Below, piece by piece: positions 1-15,000 of a stretch of 64,000 nucleotides of DNA. Source of the stretch: Eledone cirrhosa (Eukaryota); contig OZ024760.1 of NCBI GenBank assembly GCA_964016885.1, positions 32,984,001-33,048,000 of the forward strand, given 5' to 3'. Position numbers and translations under genes: made by a program. Positions within the stretch are counted from its first letter, which is position 1. The number at the start of each line of letters is the position of its first letter. The notes under the pieces were generated by a model that was not told where the DNA came from, ran no database searches, and worked only from the letters and a program-made list of their open reading frames with translations.

Positions 1-3000
1 CTGGTCATCTCACCAACAGACTGATCATCAGACCAACAAACTGTTCATCTCACCAACAGACTGGTCATCTGACGAACAGACTGGTCATCTCACCAACAGA
101 CTGGTCATCTCACCAACAGACTGGTCATCTGATTAACAGACTGATCATATGACCAACAGACTGGTCATCTGACCCACAGACTGGTCATCTGACCAAAAGA
201 CTGGTCATCTGACGAACAGACTGGTCATCTCACCAACAGACTGGTCATCTCACCAACAGCCTGGTCATCTGACTCACAGACTGGCCTTCGGACCAACAGA
301 CTGGTTATTTGACCAACAGACTGTTCATTTCACCAACAGACTGGTCATCGGACCCACAGACTGGTCATCTCACCAACAGACTGGTCTTCTCACCAACAGA
401 CTAGTCATCTGACCAACAGACTGGTCATCTGACCAACAGACTGGTCATCTGACCAACAGACTGGTCATCTGACCAACAGACTGGACATCTGACCAACATA
501 CTGGTCATTTGACAAACAGACTGGTCATCTGACCAACAGAATGGTCATCTGACTAACAGACTGGAACAGACTGGTCATCTCACCCACTGACTGGTCATCT
601 CACCAACAGACTGGTCATCTCACCAACAGACTGGTCATCTGACCAACAGCCTGGTCTTCTCACCAACGGACTGGTCATCTGACCAACAGACTGGTCATCT
701 GACAAACAGTCTGTTCATCTGACCAACAGACTGGTCATCTGACCAACAGACTGGTAATCTGACCAACAGACTGGTCATCTCACCAACAGACTGATCATCA
801 TACCGACAAACTGTTCATCTCACCAACAGACTGGTCATCTGACCAACAGACTGGTCATCTGACCCACAGACTGGTCATCTGACCAACAGACTGGTCATCT
901 GACCAACAGACTGGTCATCTGACCAACAGACTGGTCATCTCACCAACAGCCTGGTCATCTGACTAACAGACTGGTCTTCTGACCAACAAACTGGTCATCT
1001 GACCAACAGACTGGTCATCTGACCAACAGACTGGTCATCTGACAAACAGACTGGTCATCTGACCAACAGACTGGTCTTCTGACCAACAGACTGGTCATCT
1101 GACCAAAAGACTGGTCTTCTGACCAACAGACTGGTCATCTAACCAACAGACTGGTCATCTGACCCACACACTGGTCATCTGACAAACAGACTGGTCATCT
1201 GACCAACAGACTGGTCATCTGACCAAAAAAATGGTCATCTGACTCACAGACTGGTCATCTCACCAACAGATTGGTTATCTGACCAACAGACTGGTCATCT
1301 GACCAACAGACTGGTCTTCTGACCAACAGACTGGTCTTCTGACTAACAGACTGGTCATCCGACCAACAGACTGGTCATCTCACCAACAGATTGGTCATCT
1401 GACCAACAGACTGGTCATCTGACCAATAGACTGGTCATCTGACCAACAGACTGGACATCTGACCCACAGACCGGTCATCTGACCAACAGACTGGTCATCT
1501 CACCAACAGACTGGTCATCTGACCAACAGACTTGTCATCTGACCAACAGATTGGTCATCTAACCAACAGACTGGTTATCGGACCAACAGACTGCTCATCT
1601 CACCCACAGACTGGTCATCTCACCAACAGCCTGGTCATCTGACTAACAGACTGGTCTTCTGACCAACAAACTGGTCATCTGACCAACAGACTGGTCATCT
1701 CACCAACAGACTGGTCATCTCACCAACAGATTCGTCATCTGACCAACAGACTGGTCATCTGACCAACAGACTGGTCATCTGACCAACAGACTGGTCATCT
1801 GACAAACAGACTGGTCATCTGACCAATAGACTGGTCATCTGACAAATAGACTGGTCATCTGACCAACAGATTGGTCTTCTGACCAACAGACTGGTCATCT
1901 CACCAACTGACTGGTCATCTCAGCAACAGATTCGTCATCTGACCAACAGACTGGTAATCTGACCAACAGTCTGGTCATCTGACCAACAGACTGGTCATCT
2001 GACAAACAGACTGGTCATCTGACCAACAGACTGGTCTTCTGACCAACAGACTGGTCATCTGACCAAAAGACTGGTCATCTGACAAACAGACTGGTCATCT
2101 AACCAACAGACTGGTCATCTGACCCACACACTGGTCATCTGACAAACAGACTGGTCATCTGACCAAAAAAATGTTCATCTGACGAACAGACTGGTCATCT
2201 CACCAACAGACTGGTCATCTGACCAACTGACTGTTCTTCTCACCAACAGACTGGTCATCTGACCCACACACTGGTCATCTGACAAACAGACTGGTCATCT
2301 GACCAACAGACTGGTCATCTGACCAACAGACTGGTCATCTGACACACAGACTGGTCATCTTACGAACTGACTGGTCATCTGACGAACAGACTGGTCATCT
2401 CACCCACAGCTGGTCATCTCACCAACAGACTGGTCATCTCACCAACAGACTGGTCATCTCACCAACAGACTGTTCATCTGACCAACAGACTGGTCTTCTG
2501 ACCAACAGACTGGACACCTGACCCACAGACTGGACATCTGAACCACAGTGTTCATCTCACCAACAGATTGGTCATCTGACCAACAGACTGATCATCAGAC
2601 CAACAAACTGTTCATCTCACCAACAGACTGGTCATCTGACCAACAGACTGGTCATCTGACCCACAGACTGGTCATCTGACCAACAGACTGGTCATCTGAC
2701 CAACAGACTGGTCATCTGACCAACAGACTGGTCATCTGACCCACATATTGGTCATCTGACCAACAGACTGGTCATCTGACAAACAGACTGGTCATCTGAC
2801 CAACAGACTGGTCATCTGACCAAAAAAATGGTCATCTGACGAACAGACTGGTCATCTCACAAACAGACTGGTCATCTGACCAATTGACTGTTCTTCTCAC
2901 CAACAGACTGGTCATCGGACCCACAGACTGGTCATCTGACCAACAGACTGGTCTTCTCACCAACACACTGGTCATCTGACCAACAGACTGGTCATCTGAC

Positions 3001-6000
3001 CAACAGACTGGTCATCTGACCAACATACTGGTCATCTCACCAACAGACTGGTCACCTGACCAACATACTGCTCATTTGACAAACAGACTGGTCATCTAAC
3101 CAACAGAATGGTCATCTGACTAACAGACTGGAACAGACTGGTCTTCTCACCCACTGACTGCTCATCTCACCAACAGACTGGTCATCTCACCAACAGACTG
3201 GTCATCTGATCAACAGACTGGTCATCTGACCAACAGACTGATCATCTGACGAACAGACTGGTCATCTCACCAACAGACTGGTCATCTGACCAACAGCCTG
3301 GTCTTCTCACCAACAGACTGGTCATCTGACCAACAGACTGGTCATCTGACAAACAGTCTGGTCATCTGACCAACAGACTGGTCATCTGACCAACAGACTG
3401 GTAATCTGACCAACAGACTGGTCATCTCACCAACAGACTGATCATCAGACCAACAAACTGTTCATCTCACCAACAGACTGGTCATCTGACCAACAGACTG
3501 GTCATCTGACCCACAGACTGGTCATCTGATCAACAGACTGGTCATCTCAACAACAGACTGGTCATCTCACCAACAGACTGGTCATCTGACTAACAGACTG
3601 GTCATCTGACCAACAGACTGGTCATCTCACCAACAGACTGGTCATCTCACCAACATACTGGTCATCTGACTAACAGACTGGTCTTCTGACCAACAGACTG
3701 GTCATCTGACCAACAGACTGGTCATCTGACCAACAGACTGGTCATCTCACCAACAGACTGGAAATCTGACCCACAGACTGGTCATCTCACCAACAGACTG
3801 GACATCTGACTCACAGACTGGTCATCTCACCAACAGATTGGTTATCTGACCAACAGACTGCTCATCTGACCAACAGAGTGGTCTTCTGACCAACAGACTG
3901 GTCTTCTGACCCACAGACTGGTCATCTGACCAACAGACTGGTCATCTGACCAACAAACTGGTTTTCTGACTAACAGACTGGTCATCTGACCAACAGACTG
4001 TTCATCTCACCAACAGATTGGTCATCTGACCAACAGACTGGTCATCTGACCAACAGACTGGTCATCTGACCAACAGACTGGACATCTGACCCACAGACCG
4101 GTCATCTGACCAACAGAATGGTCATCTCACCAACAGACTGGTCATCTGACCAACAGACTTGTCATCTGACCAACAGATTGGTCATCTAACCAACAGACTG
4201 GTTATCTGACCAACAGACTGCTCATCTCACCCACAGACTGGTCATCTCACCAACAGACTGGTCATCTGACCCACAGACTGGTCATCTGACAAACAGACTG
4301 GTCATCTGACAAACAGACTGGTCATCTGACCAACAGACTGGTCATCTGACCAAAAAAATGGTCATCTGACGAACAGACTGGTCATCTCACCAACAGACTG
4401 GTCATCTCACCAATTGACTGTTCTTCTCACCAACAGACTGGTCATCGGACCCACAGACTGGTCATCTGACCAACAGACTGGTCTTCTCACCAACACACTG
4501 GTCATCTGACCAACAGACTGGTCATCTGACAAACAGACTGGTCATCTGGCCAACAGACTGGTCATCTGACCAACAGACTGGTCATCTGACCAACATACTG
4601 CTCATTTGACAAACAGACTGGTCATCTAACCAACAGAATGGTCATCTGACTAACAGACTGGAACAGACTGGTCTTCTCACCCACTGACTGCTCATCTCAC
4701 CAACAGACTGGTCATCTCACCAACAGACTGGTCATCTGATCAACAGACTGGTCATCTGACCAACAGACTGATCATCTGACGAACAGACTTGTCATCTCAC
4801 CAACAGACTGGTCATCTGACCAACAGCCTGGTCTTCTCACCAACAGACTGGTCATCTGACCAACAGACTGGTCATCTGACAAACAGTCTGGTCATCTGAC
4901 CAACAGACTGGTCATCTGACCAACAGACTGGTAATCTGACCAACAGACTGGTCATCTCACCAACAGACTGATCATCAGACCAACAAACTGTTCATCTCAC
5001 CAACAGACTGGTCATCTGACCAACAGACTGGTCATCTGACCCACAGACTGGTCATCTGATCAACAGACTGGTCATCTGACGAACAGACTGGTCATCTCAA
5101 CAACAGACTGGTCATCTCACCAACAGACTGGTCATCTGACTAACAGACTGGTCATCTGACCAACAGACTGGTCATCTCACCAACAGACTGGTCATCTCAC
5201 CAACATACTGGTCATCTGACTAACAGACTGGTCTTCTGACCAACAGACTGGTCATCTGACCAACAGACTGGTCATCTCACCAACAGACTGGTCATCTCAC
5301 CAACATACTGGAAATCTGACCCACAGACTGGTCATCTCACCAACAGACTGGACATCTGACTCACAGACTGGTCATCTCACCAACAGATTGGTTATCTGAC
5401 CAACAGACTGGTCATCTGACCAACAGAGTGGTCTTCTGACCAACAGACTGGTCTTCTGACCCACAGACTGGTCATCTGACCAACAGACTGGTCATCTGAC
5501 CAACAAACTCGTCTTCTGACTAACAGACTGGTCATCTGACCAACAGACTGGTCATCTGATTAACAGACTGATCATATGACCAACAGACTGGTCATCTGAC
5601 CCACAGACTGGTGATCTGACCAAAAGACTGGTCATCTGACGAACAGACTGGTCATCTCACCAACAGACTGGTCATCTCACCAACAGCCTGGTCATCTGAC
5701 TCACAGACTGGCCTTCGGACCAACAGACTGGTTATTTGACCAACAGACTGTTCATTTCACCAACAGACTGGTCATCGGACCCACAGACTGGTCATCTCAC
5801 CAACAGACTGGTCTTCTCACCAACAGACTAGTCATCTGACCAACAGACTGGTCATCTGACCAACAGACTGGTCATCTGACCAACAGACTGGTCATCTGAC
5901 CAACAGACTGGACATCTGACCAACATACTGGTCATTTGACAAACAGACTGGTCATCTGACCAACAGAATGGTCATCTGACTAACAGACTGGAACAGACTG

Positions 6001-9000
6001 GTCATCTCACCCACTGACTGGTCATCTCACCAACAGACTGGTCATCTCACCAACAGACTGGTCATCTGACCAACAGCCTGGTCTTCTCACCAACGGACTG
6101 GTCATCTGACCAACAGACTGGTCATCTGACAAACAGTCTGTTCATCTGACCAACAGACTGGTCATCTGACCAACAGACTGGTAATCTGACCAACAGACTG
6201 GTCATCTCACCAACAGACTGATCATCATACCGACAAACTGTTCATCTCACCAACAGACTGGTCATCTGACCAACAGACTGGTCATCTGACCCACAGACTG
6301 GTCATCTGACCAACAGACTGGTCATCTGACCAACAGACTGGTCATCTGACCAACAGACTGGTCATCTCACCAACAGCCTGGTCATCTGACTAACAGACTG
6401 GTCTTCTGACCAACAAACTGGTCATCTGACCAACAGACTGGTCATCTGACCAACAGACTGGTCATCTGACAAACAGACTGGTCATCTGACCAACAGACTG
6501 GTCTTCTGACCAACAGACTGGTCATCTGACCAAAAGACTGGTCTTCTGACCAACAGACTGGTCATCTAACCAACAGACTGGTCATCTGACCCACACACTG
6601 GTCATCTGACAAACAGACTGGTCATCTGACCAACAGACTGGTCATCTGACCAAAAAAATGGTCATCTGACTCACAGACTGGTCATCTCACCAACAGATTG
6701 GTTATCTGACCAACAGACTGGTCATCTGACCAACAGACTGGTCTTCTGACCAACAGACTGGTCTTCTGACTAACAGACTGGTCATCCGACCAACAGACTG
6801 GTCATCTCACCAACAGATTGGTCATCTGACCAACAGACTGGTCATCTGACCAACAGACTGGTCATCTGACCAACAGACTGGACATCTGACCCACAGACCG
6901 GTCATCTGACCAACAGACTGGTCATCTCACCAACAGACTGGTCATCTGACCAACAGACTTGTCATCTGACCAACAGATTGGTCATCTAACCAACAGACTG
7001 GTTATCGGACCAACAGACTGCTCATCTCACCCACAGACTGGTCATCTCACCAACAGCCTGGTCATCTGACTAACAGACTGGTCTTCTGACCAACAAACTG
7101 GTCATCTGACCAACAGACTGGTCATCTCACCAACAGACTGGTCATCTCACCAACAGATTCGTCATCTGACCAACAGACTGGTCATCTGACCAACAGACTG
7201 GTCATCTGACCAACAGACTGGTCATCTGACAAACAGACTGGTCATCTGACCAATAGACTGGTCATCTGACAAATAGACTGGTCATCTGACCAACAGATTG
7301 GTCTTCTGACCAACAGACTGGTCATCTCACCAACTGACTGGTCATCTCAGCAACAGATTCGTCATCTGACCAACAGACTGGTAATCTGACCAACAGTCTG
7401 GTCATCTGACCAACAGACTGGTCATCTGACAAACAGACTGGTCATCTGACCAACAGACTGGTCTTCTGACCAACAGACTGGTCATCTGACCAAAAGACTG
7501 GTCATCTGACAAACAGACTGGTCATCTAACCAACAGACTGGTCATCTGACCCACACACTGGTCATCTGACAAACAGACTGGTCATCTGACCAAAAAAATG
7601 TTCATCTGACGAACAGACTGGTCATCTCACCAACAGACTGGTCATCTGACCAACTGACTGTTCTTCTCACCAACAGACTGGTCATCTGACCCACACACTG
7701 GTCATCTGACAAACAGACTGGTCATCTGACCAACAGACTGGTCATCTGACCAACAGACTGGTCATCTGACACACAGACTGGTCATCTTACGAACTGACTG
7801 GTCATCTGACGAACAGACTGGTCATCTCACCCACAGCTGGTCATCTCACCAACAGACTGGTCATCTCACCAACAGACTGGTCATCTCACCAACAGACTGT
7901 TCATCTGACCAACAGACTGGTCTTCTGACCAACAGACTGGACACCTGACCCACAGACTGGACATCTGAACCACAGTGTTCATCTCACCAACAGATTGGTC
8001 ATCTGACCAACAGACTGATCATCAGACCAACAAACTGTTCATCTCACCAACAGACTGGTCATCTGACCAACAGACTGGTCATCTGACCCACAGACTGGTC
8101 ATCTGACCAACAGACTGGTCATCTGACCAACAGACTGGTCATCTGACCAACAGACTGGTCATCTGACCCACATATTGGTCATCTGACCAACAGACTGGTC
8201 ATCTGACAAACAGACTGGTCATCTGACCAACAGACTGGTCATCTGACCAAAAAAATGGTCATCTGACGAACAGACTGGTCATCTCACAAACAGACTGGTC
8301 ATCTGACCAATTGACTGTTCTTCTCACCAACAGACTGGTCATCGGACCCACAGACTGGTCATCTGACCAACAGACTGGTCTTCTCACCAACACACTGGTC
8401 ATCTGACCAACAGACTGGTCATCTGACCAACAGACTGGTCATCTGACCAACATACTGGTCATCTCACCAACAGACTGGTCACCTGACCAACATACTGCTC
8501 ATTTGACAAACAGACTGGTCATCTAACCAACAGAATGGTCATCTGACTAACAGACTGGAACAGACTGGTCTTCTCACCCACTGACTGCTCATCTCACCAA
8601 CAGACTGGTCATCTCACCAACAGACTGGTCATCTGATCAACAGACTGGTCATCTGACCAACAGACTGATCATCTGACGAACAGACTGGTCATCTCACCAA
8701 CAGACTGGTCATCTGACCAACAGCCTGGTCTTCTCACCAACAGACTGGTCATCTGACCAACAGACTGGTCATCTGACAAACAGTCTGGTCATCTGACCAA
8801 CAGACTGGTCATCTGACCAACAGACTGGTAATCTGACCAACAGACTGGTCATCTCACCAACAGACTGATCATCAGACCAACAAACTGTTCATCTCACCAA
8901 CAGACTGGTCATCTGACCAACAGACTGGTCATCTGACCCACAGACTGGTCATCTGATCAACAGACTGGTCATCTCAACAACAGACTGGTCATCTCACCAA

Positions 9001-12000
9001 CAGACTGGTCATCTGACTAACAGACTGGTCATCTGACCAACAGACTGGTCATCTCACCAACAGACTGGTCATCTCACCAACATACTGGTCATCTGACTAA
9101 CAGACTGGTCTTCTGACCAACAGACTGGTCATCTGACCAACAGACTGGTCATCTGACCAACAGACTGGTCATCTCACCAACAGACTGGAAATCTGACCCA
9201 CAGACTGGTCATCTCACCAACAGACTGGACATCTGACTCACAGACTGGTCATCTCACCAACAGATTGGTTATCTGACCAACAGACTGCTCATCTGACCAA
9301 CAGAGTGGTCTTCTGACCAACAGACTGGTCTTCTGACCCACAGACTGGTCATCTGACCAACAGACTGGTCATCTGACCAACAAACTGGTTTTCTGACTAA
9401 CAGACTGGTCATCTGACCAACAGACTGTTCATCTCACCAACAGATTGGTCATCTGACCAACAGACTGGTCATCTGACCAACAGACTGGTCATCTGACCAA
9501 CAGACTGGACATCTGACCCACAGACCGGTCATCTGACCAACAGAATGGTCATCTCACCAACAGACTGGTCATCTGACCAACAGACTTGTCATCTGACCAA
9601 CAGATTGGTCATCTAACCAACAGACTGGTTATCTGACCAACAGACTGCTCATCTCACCCACAGACTGGTCATCTCACCAACAGACTGGTCATCTGACCCA
9701 CAGACTGGTCATCTGACAAACAGACTGGTCATCTGACAAACAGACTGGTCATCTGACCAACAGACTGGTCATCTGACCAAAAAAATGGTCATCTGACGAA
9801 CAGACTGGTCATCTCACCAACAGACTGGTCATCTCACCAATTGACTGTTCTTCTCACCAACAGACTGGTCATCGGACCCACAGACTGGTCATCTGACCAA
9901 CAGACTGGTCTTCTCACCAACACACTGGTCATCTGACCAACAGACTGGTCATCTGACAAACAGACTGGTCATCTGGCCAACAGACTGGTCATCTGACCAA
10001 CAGACTGGTCATCTGACCAACATACTGCTCATTTGACAAACAGACTGGTCATCTAACCAACAGAATGGTCATCTGACTAACAGACTGGAACAGACTGGTC
10101 TTCTCACCCACTGACTGCTCATCTCACCAACAGACTGGTCATCTCACCAACAGACTGGTCATCTGATCAACAGACTGGTCATCTGACCAACAGACTGATC
10201 ATCTGACGAACAGACTTGTCATCTCACCAACAGACTGGTCATCTGACCAACAGCCTGGTCTTCTCACCAACAGACTGGTCATCTGACCAACAGACTGGTC
10301 ATCTGACAAACAGTCTGGTCATCTGACCAACAGACTGGTCATCTGACCAACAGACTGGTAATCTGACCAACAGACTGGTCATCTCACCAACAGACTGATC
10401 ATCAGACCAACAAACTGTTCATCTCACCAACAGACTGGTCATCTGACCAACAGACTGGTCATCTGACCCACAGACTGGTCATCTGATCAACAGACTGGTC
10501 ATCTGACGAACAGACTGGTCATCTCAACAACAGACTGGTCATCTCACCAACAGACTGGTCATCTGACTAACAGACTGGTCATCTGACCAACAGACTGGTC
10601 ATCTCACCAACAGACTGGTCATCTCACCAACATACTGGTCATCTGACTAACAGACTGGTCTTCTGACCAACAGACTGGTCATCTGACCAACAGACTGGTC
10701 ATCTCACCAACAGACTGGTCATCTCACCAACATACTGGAAATCTGACCCACAGACTGGTCATCTCACCAACAGACTGGACATCTGACTCACAGACTGGTC
10801 ATCTCACCAACAGATTGGTTATCTGACCAACAGACTGGTCATCTGACCAACAGAGTGGTCTTCTGACCAACAGACTGGTCTTCTGACCCACAGACTGGTC
10901 ATCTGACCAACAGACTGGTCATCTGACCAACAAACTCGTCTTCTGACTAACAGACTGGTCATCTGACCAACAGACTGGTCATCTGATTAACAGACTGATC
11001 ATATGACCAACAGACTGGTCATCTGACCCACAGACTGGTGATCTGACCAAAAGACTGGTCATCTGACGAACAGACTGGTCATCTCACCAACAGACTGGTC
11101 ATCTCACCAACAGCCTGGTCATCTGACTCACAGACTGGCCTTCGGACCAACAGACTGGTTATTTGACCAACAGACTGTTCATTTCACCAACAGACTGGTC
11201 ATCGGACCCACAGACTGGTCATCTCACCAACAGACTGGTCTTCTCACCAACAGACTAGTCATCTGACCAACAGACTGGTCATCTGACCAACAGACTGGTC
11301 ATCTGACCAACAGACTGGTCATCTGACCAACAGACTGGACATCTGACCAACATACTGGTCATTTGACAAACAGACTGGTCATCTGACCAACAGAATGGTC
11401 ATCTGACTAACAGACTGGAACAGACTGGTCATCTCACCCACTGACTGGTCATCTCACCAACAGACTGGTCATCTCACCAACAGACTGGTCATCTGACCAA
11501 CAGCCTGGTCTTCTCACCAACGGACTGGTCATCTGACCAACAGACTGGTCATCTGACAAACAGTCTGTTCATCTGACCAACAGACTGGTCATCTGACCAA
11601 CAGACTGGTAATCTGACCAACAGACTGGTCATCTCACCAACAGACTGATCATCATACCGACAAACTGTTCATCTCACCAACAGACTGGTCATCTGACCAA
11701 CAGACTGGTCATCTGACCCACAGACTGGTCATCTGACCAACAGACTGGTCATCTGACCAACAGACTGGTCATCTGACCAACAGACTGGTCATCTCACCAA
11801 CAGCCTGGTCATCTGACTAACAGACTGGTCTTCTGACCAACAAACTGGTCATCTGACCAACAGACTGGTCATCTGACCAACAGACTGGTCATCTGACAAA
11901 CAGACTGGTCATCTGACCAACAGACTGGTCTTCTGACCAACAGACTGGTCATCTGACCAAAAGACTGGTCTTCTGACCAACAGACTGGTCATCTAACCAA

Positions 12001-15000
12001 CAGACTGGTCATCTGACCCACACACTGGTCATCTGACAAACAGACTGGTCATCTGACCAACAGACTGGTCATCTGACCAAAAAAATGGTCATCTGACTCA
12101 CAGACTGGTCATCTCACCAACAGATTGGTTATCTGACCAACAGACTGGTCATCTGACCAACAGACTGGTCTTCTGACCAACAGACTGGTCTTCTGACTAA
12201 CAGACTGGTCATCCGACCAACAGACTGGTCATCTCACCAACAGATTGGTCATCTGACCAACAGACTGGTCATCTGACCAACAGACTGGTCATCTGACCAA
12301 CAGACTGGACATCTGACCCACAGACCGGTCATCTGACCAACAGACTGGTCATCTCACCAACAGACTGGTCATCTGACCAACAGACTTGTCATCTGACCAA
12401 CAGATTGGTCATCTAACCAACAGACTGGTTATCGGACCAACAGACTGCTCATCTCACCCACAGACTGGTCATCTCACCAACAGCCTGGTCATCTGACTAA
12501 CAGACTGGTCTTCTGACCAACAAACTGGTCATCTGACCAACAGACTGGTCATCTCACCAACAGACTGGTCATCTCACCAACAGATTCGTCATCTGACCAA
12601 CAGACTGGTCATCTGACCAACAGACTGGTCATCTGACCAACAGACTGGTCATCTGACAAACAGACTGGTCATCTGACCAATAGACTGGTCATCTGACAAA
12701 TAGACTGGTCATCTGACCAACAGATTGGTCTTCTGACCAACAGACTGGTCATCTCACCAACTGACTGGTCATCTCAGCAACAGATTCGTCATCTGACCAA
12801 CAGACTGGTAATCTGACCAACAGTCTGGTCATCTGACCAACAGACTGGTCATCTGACAAACAGACTGGTCATCTGACCAACAGACTGGTCTTCTGACCAA
12901 CAGACTGGTCATCTGACCAAAAGACTGGTCATCTGACAAACAGACTGGTCATCTAACCAACAGACTGGTCATCTGACCCACACACTGGTCATCTGACAAA
13001 CAGACTGGTCATCTGACCAACAGACTGGTCATCTGACCAAAAAAATGGTCATCTGACGAACAGACTGGTCATCTCACCAACAGACTGGTCATCTGACCAA
13101 CTGACTGTTCTTCTCACCAACAGACTGGTCATCTGACCCACACACTGGTCATCTGACAAACAGACTGGTCATCTGACCAACAGACTGGTCATCTGACCAA
13201 CAGACTGGTCATCTGACACACAGACTGGTCATCTTACGAACTGACTGGTCATCTGACGAACAGACTGGTCATCTCACCCACAGCTGGTCATCTCACCAAC
13301 AGACTGGTCATCTCACCAACAGACTGGTCATCTCACCAACAGACTGTTCATCTGACCAACAGACTGGTCTTCTGACCAACAGACTGGACACCTGACCCAC
13401 AGACTGGACATCTGAACCACAGTGTTCATCTCACCAACAGATTGGTCATCTGACCAACAGACTGATCATCAGACCAACAAACTGTTCATCTCACCAACAG
13501 ACTGGTCATCTGACCAACAGACTGGTCATCTGACCCACAGACTGGTCATCTGACCAACAGACTGGTCATCTGACCAACAGACTGGTCATCTGACCAACAG
13601 ACTGGTCATCTGACCCACATATTGGTCATCTGACCAACAGACTGGTCATCTGACAAACAGACTGGTCATCTGACCAACAGACTGGTCATCTGACCAAAAA
13701 AATGGTCATCTGACGAACAGACTGGTCATCTCACAAACAGACTGGTCATCTGACCAATTGACTGTTCTTCTCACCAACAGACTGGTCATCGGACCCACAG
13801 ACTGGTCATCTGACCAACAGACTGGTCTTCTCACCAACACACTGGTCATCTGACCAACAGACTGGTCATCTGACCAACAGACTGGTCATCTGACCAACAT
13901 ACTGGTCATCTCACCAACAGACTGGTCACCTGACCAACATACTGCTCATTTGACAAACAGACTGGTCATCTAACCAACAGAATGGTCATCTGACTAACAG
14001 ACTGGAACAGACTGGTCTTCTCACCCACTGACTGCTCATCTCACCAACAGACTGGTCATCTCACCAACAGACTGGTCATCTGATCAACAGACTGGTCATC
14101 TGACCAACAGACTGATCATCTGACGAACAGACTGGTCATCTCACCAACAGACTGGTCATCTGACCAACAGCCTGGTCTTCTCACCAACAGACTGGTCATC
14201 TGACCAACAGACTGGTCATCTGACAAACAGTCTGGTCATCTGACCAACAGACTGGTCATCTGACCAACAGACTGGTAATCTGACCAACAGACTGGTCATC
14301 TCACCAACAGACTGATCATCAGACCAACAAACTGTTCATCTCACCAACAGACTGGTCATCTGACCAACAGACTGGTCATCTGACCCACAGACTGGTCATC
14401 TGATCAACAGACTGGTCATCTCAACAACAGACTGGTCATCTCACCAACAGACTGGTCATCTGACTAACAGACTGGTCATCTGACCAACAGACTGGTCATC
14501 TCACCAACAGACTGGTCATCTCACCAACATACTGGTCATCTGACTAACAGACTGGTCTTCTGACCAACAGACTGGTCATCTGACCAACAGACTGGTCATC
14601 TCACCAACAGACTGGAAATCTGACCCACAGACTGGTCATCTCACCAACAGACTGGACATCTGACTCACAGACTGGTCATCTCACCAACAGATTGGTTATC
14701 TGACCAACAGACTGCTCATCTGACCAACAGAGTGGTCTTCTGACCAACAGACTGGTCTTCTGACCCACAGACTGGTCATCTGACCAACAGACTGGTCATC
14801 TGACCAACAAACTGGTTTTCTGACTAACAGACTGGTCATCTGACCAACAGACTGTTCATCTCACCAACAGATTGGTCATCTGACCAACAGACTGGTCATC
14901 TGACCAACAGACTGGTCATCTGACCAACAGACTGGACATCTGACCCACAGACCGGTCATCTGACCAACAGAATGGTCATCTCACCAACAGACTGGTCATC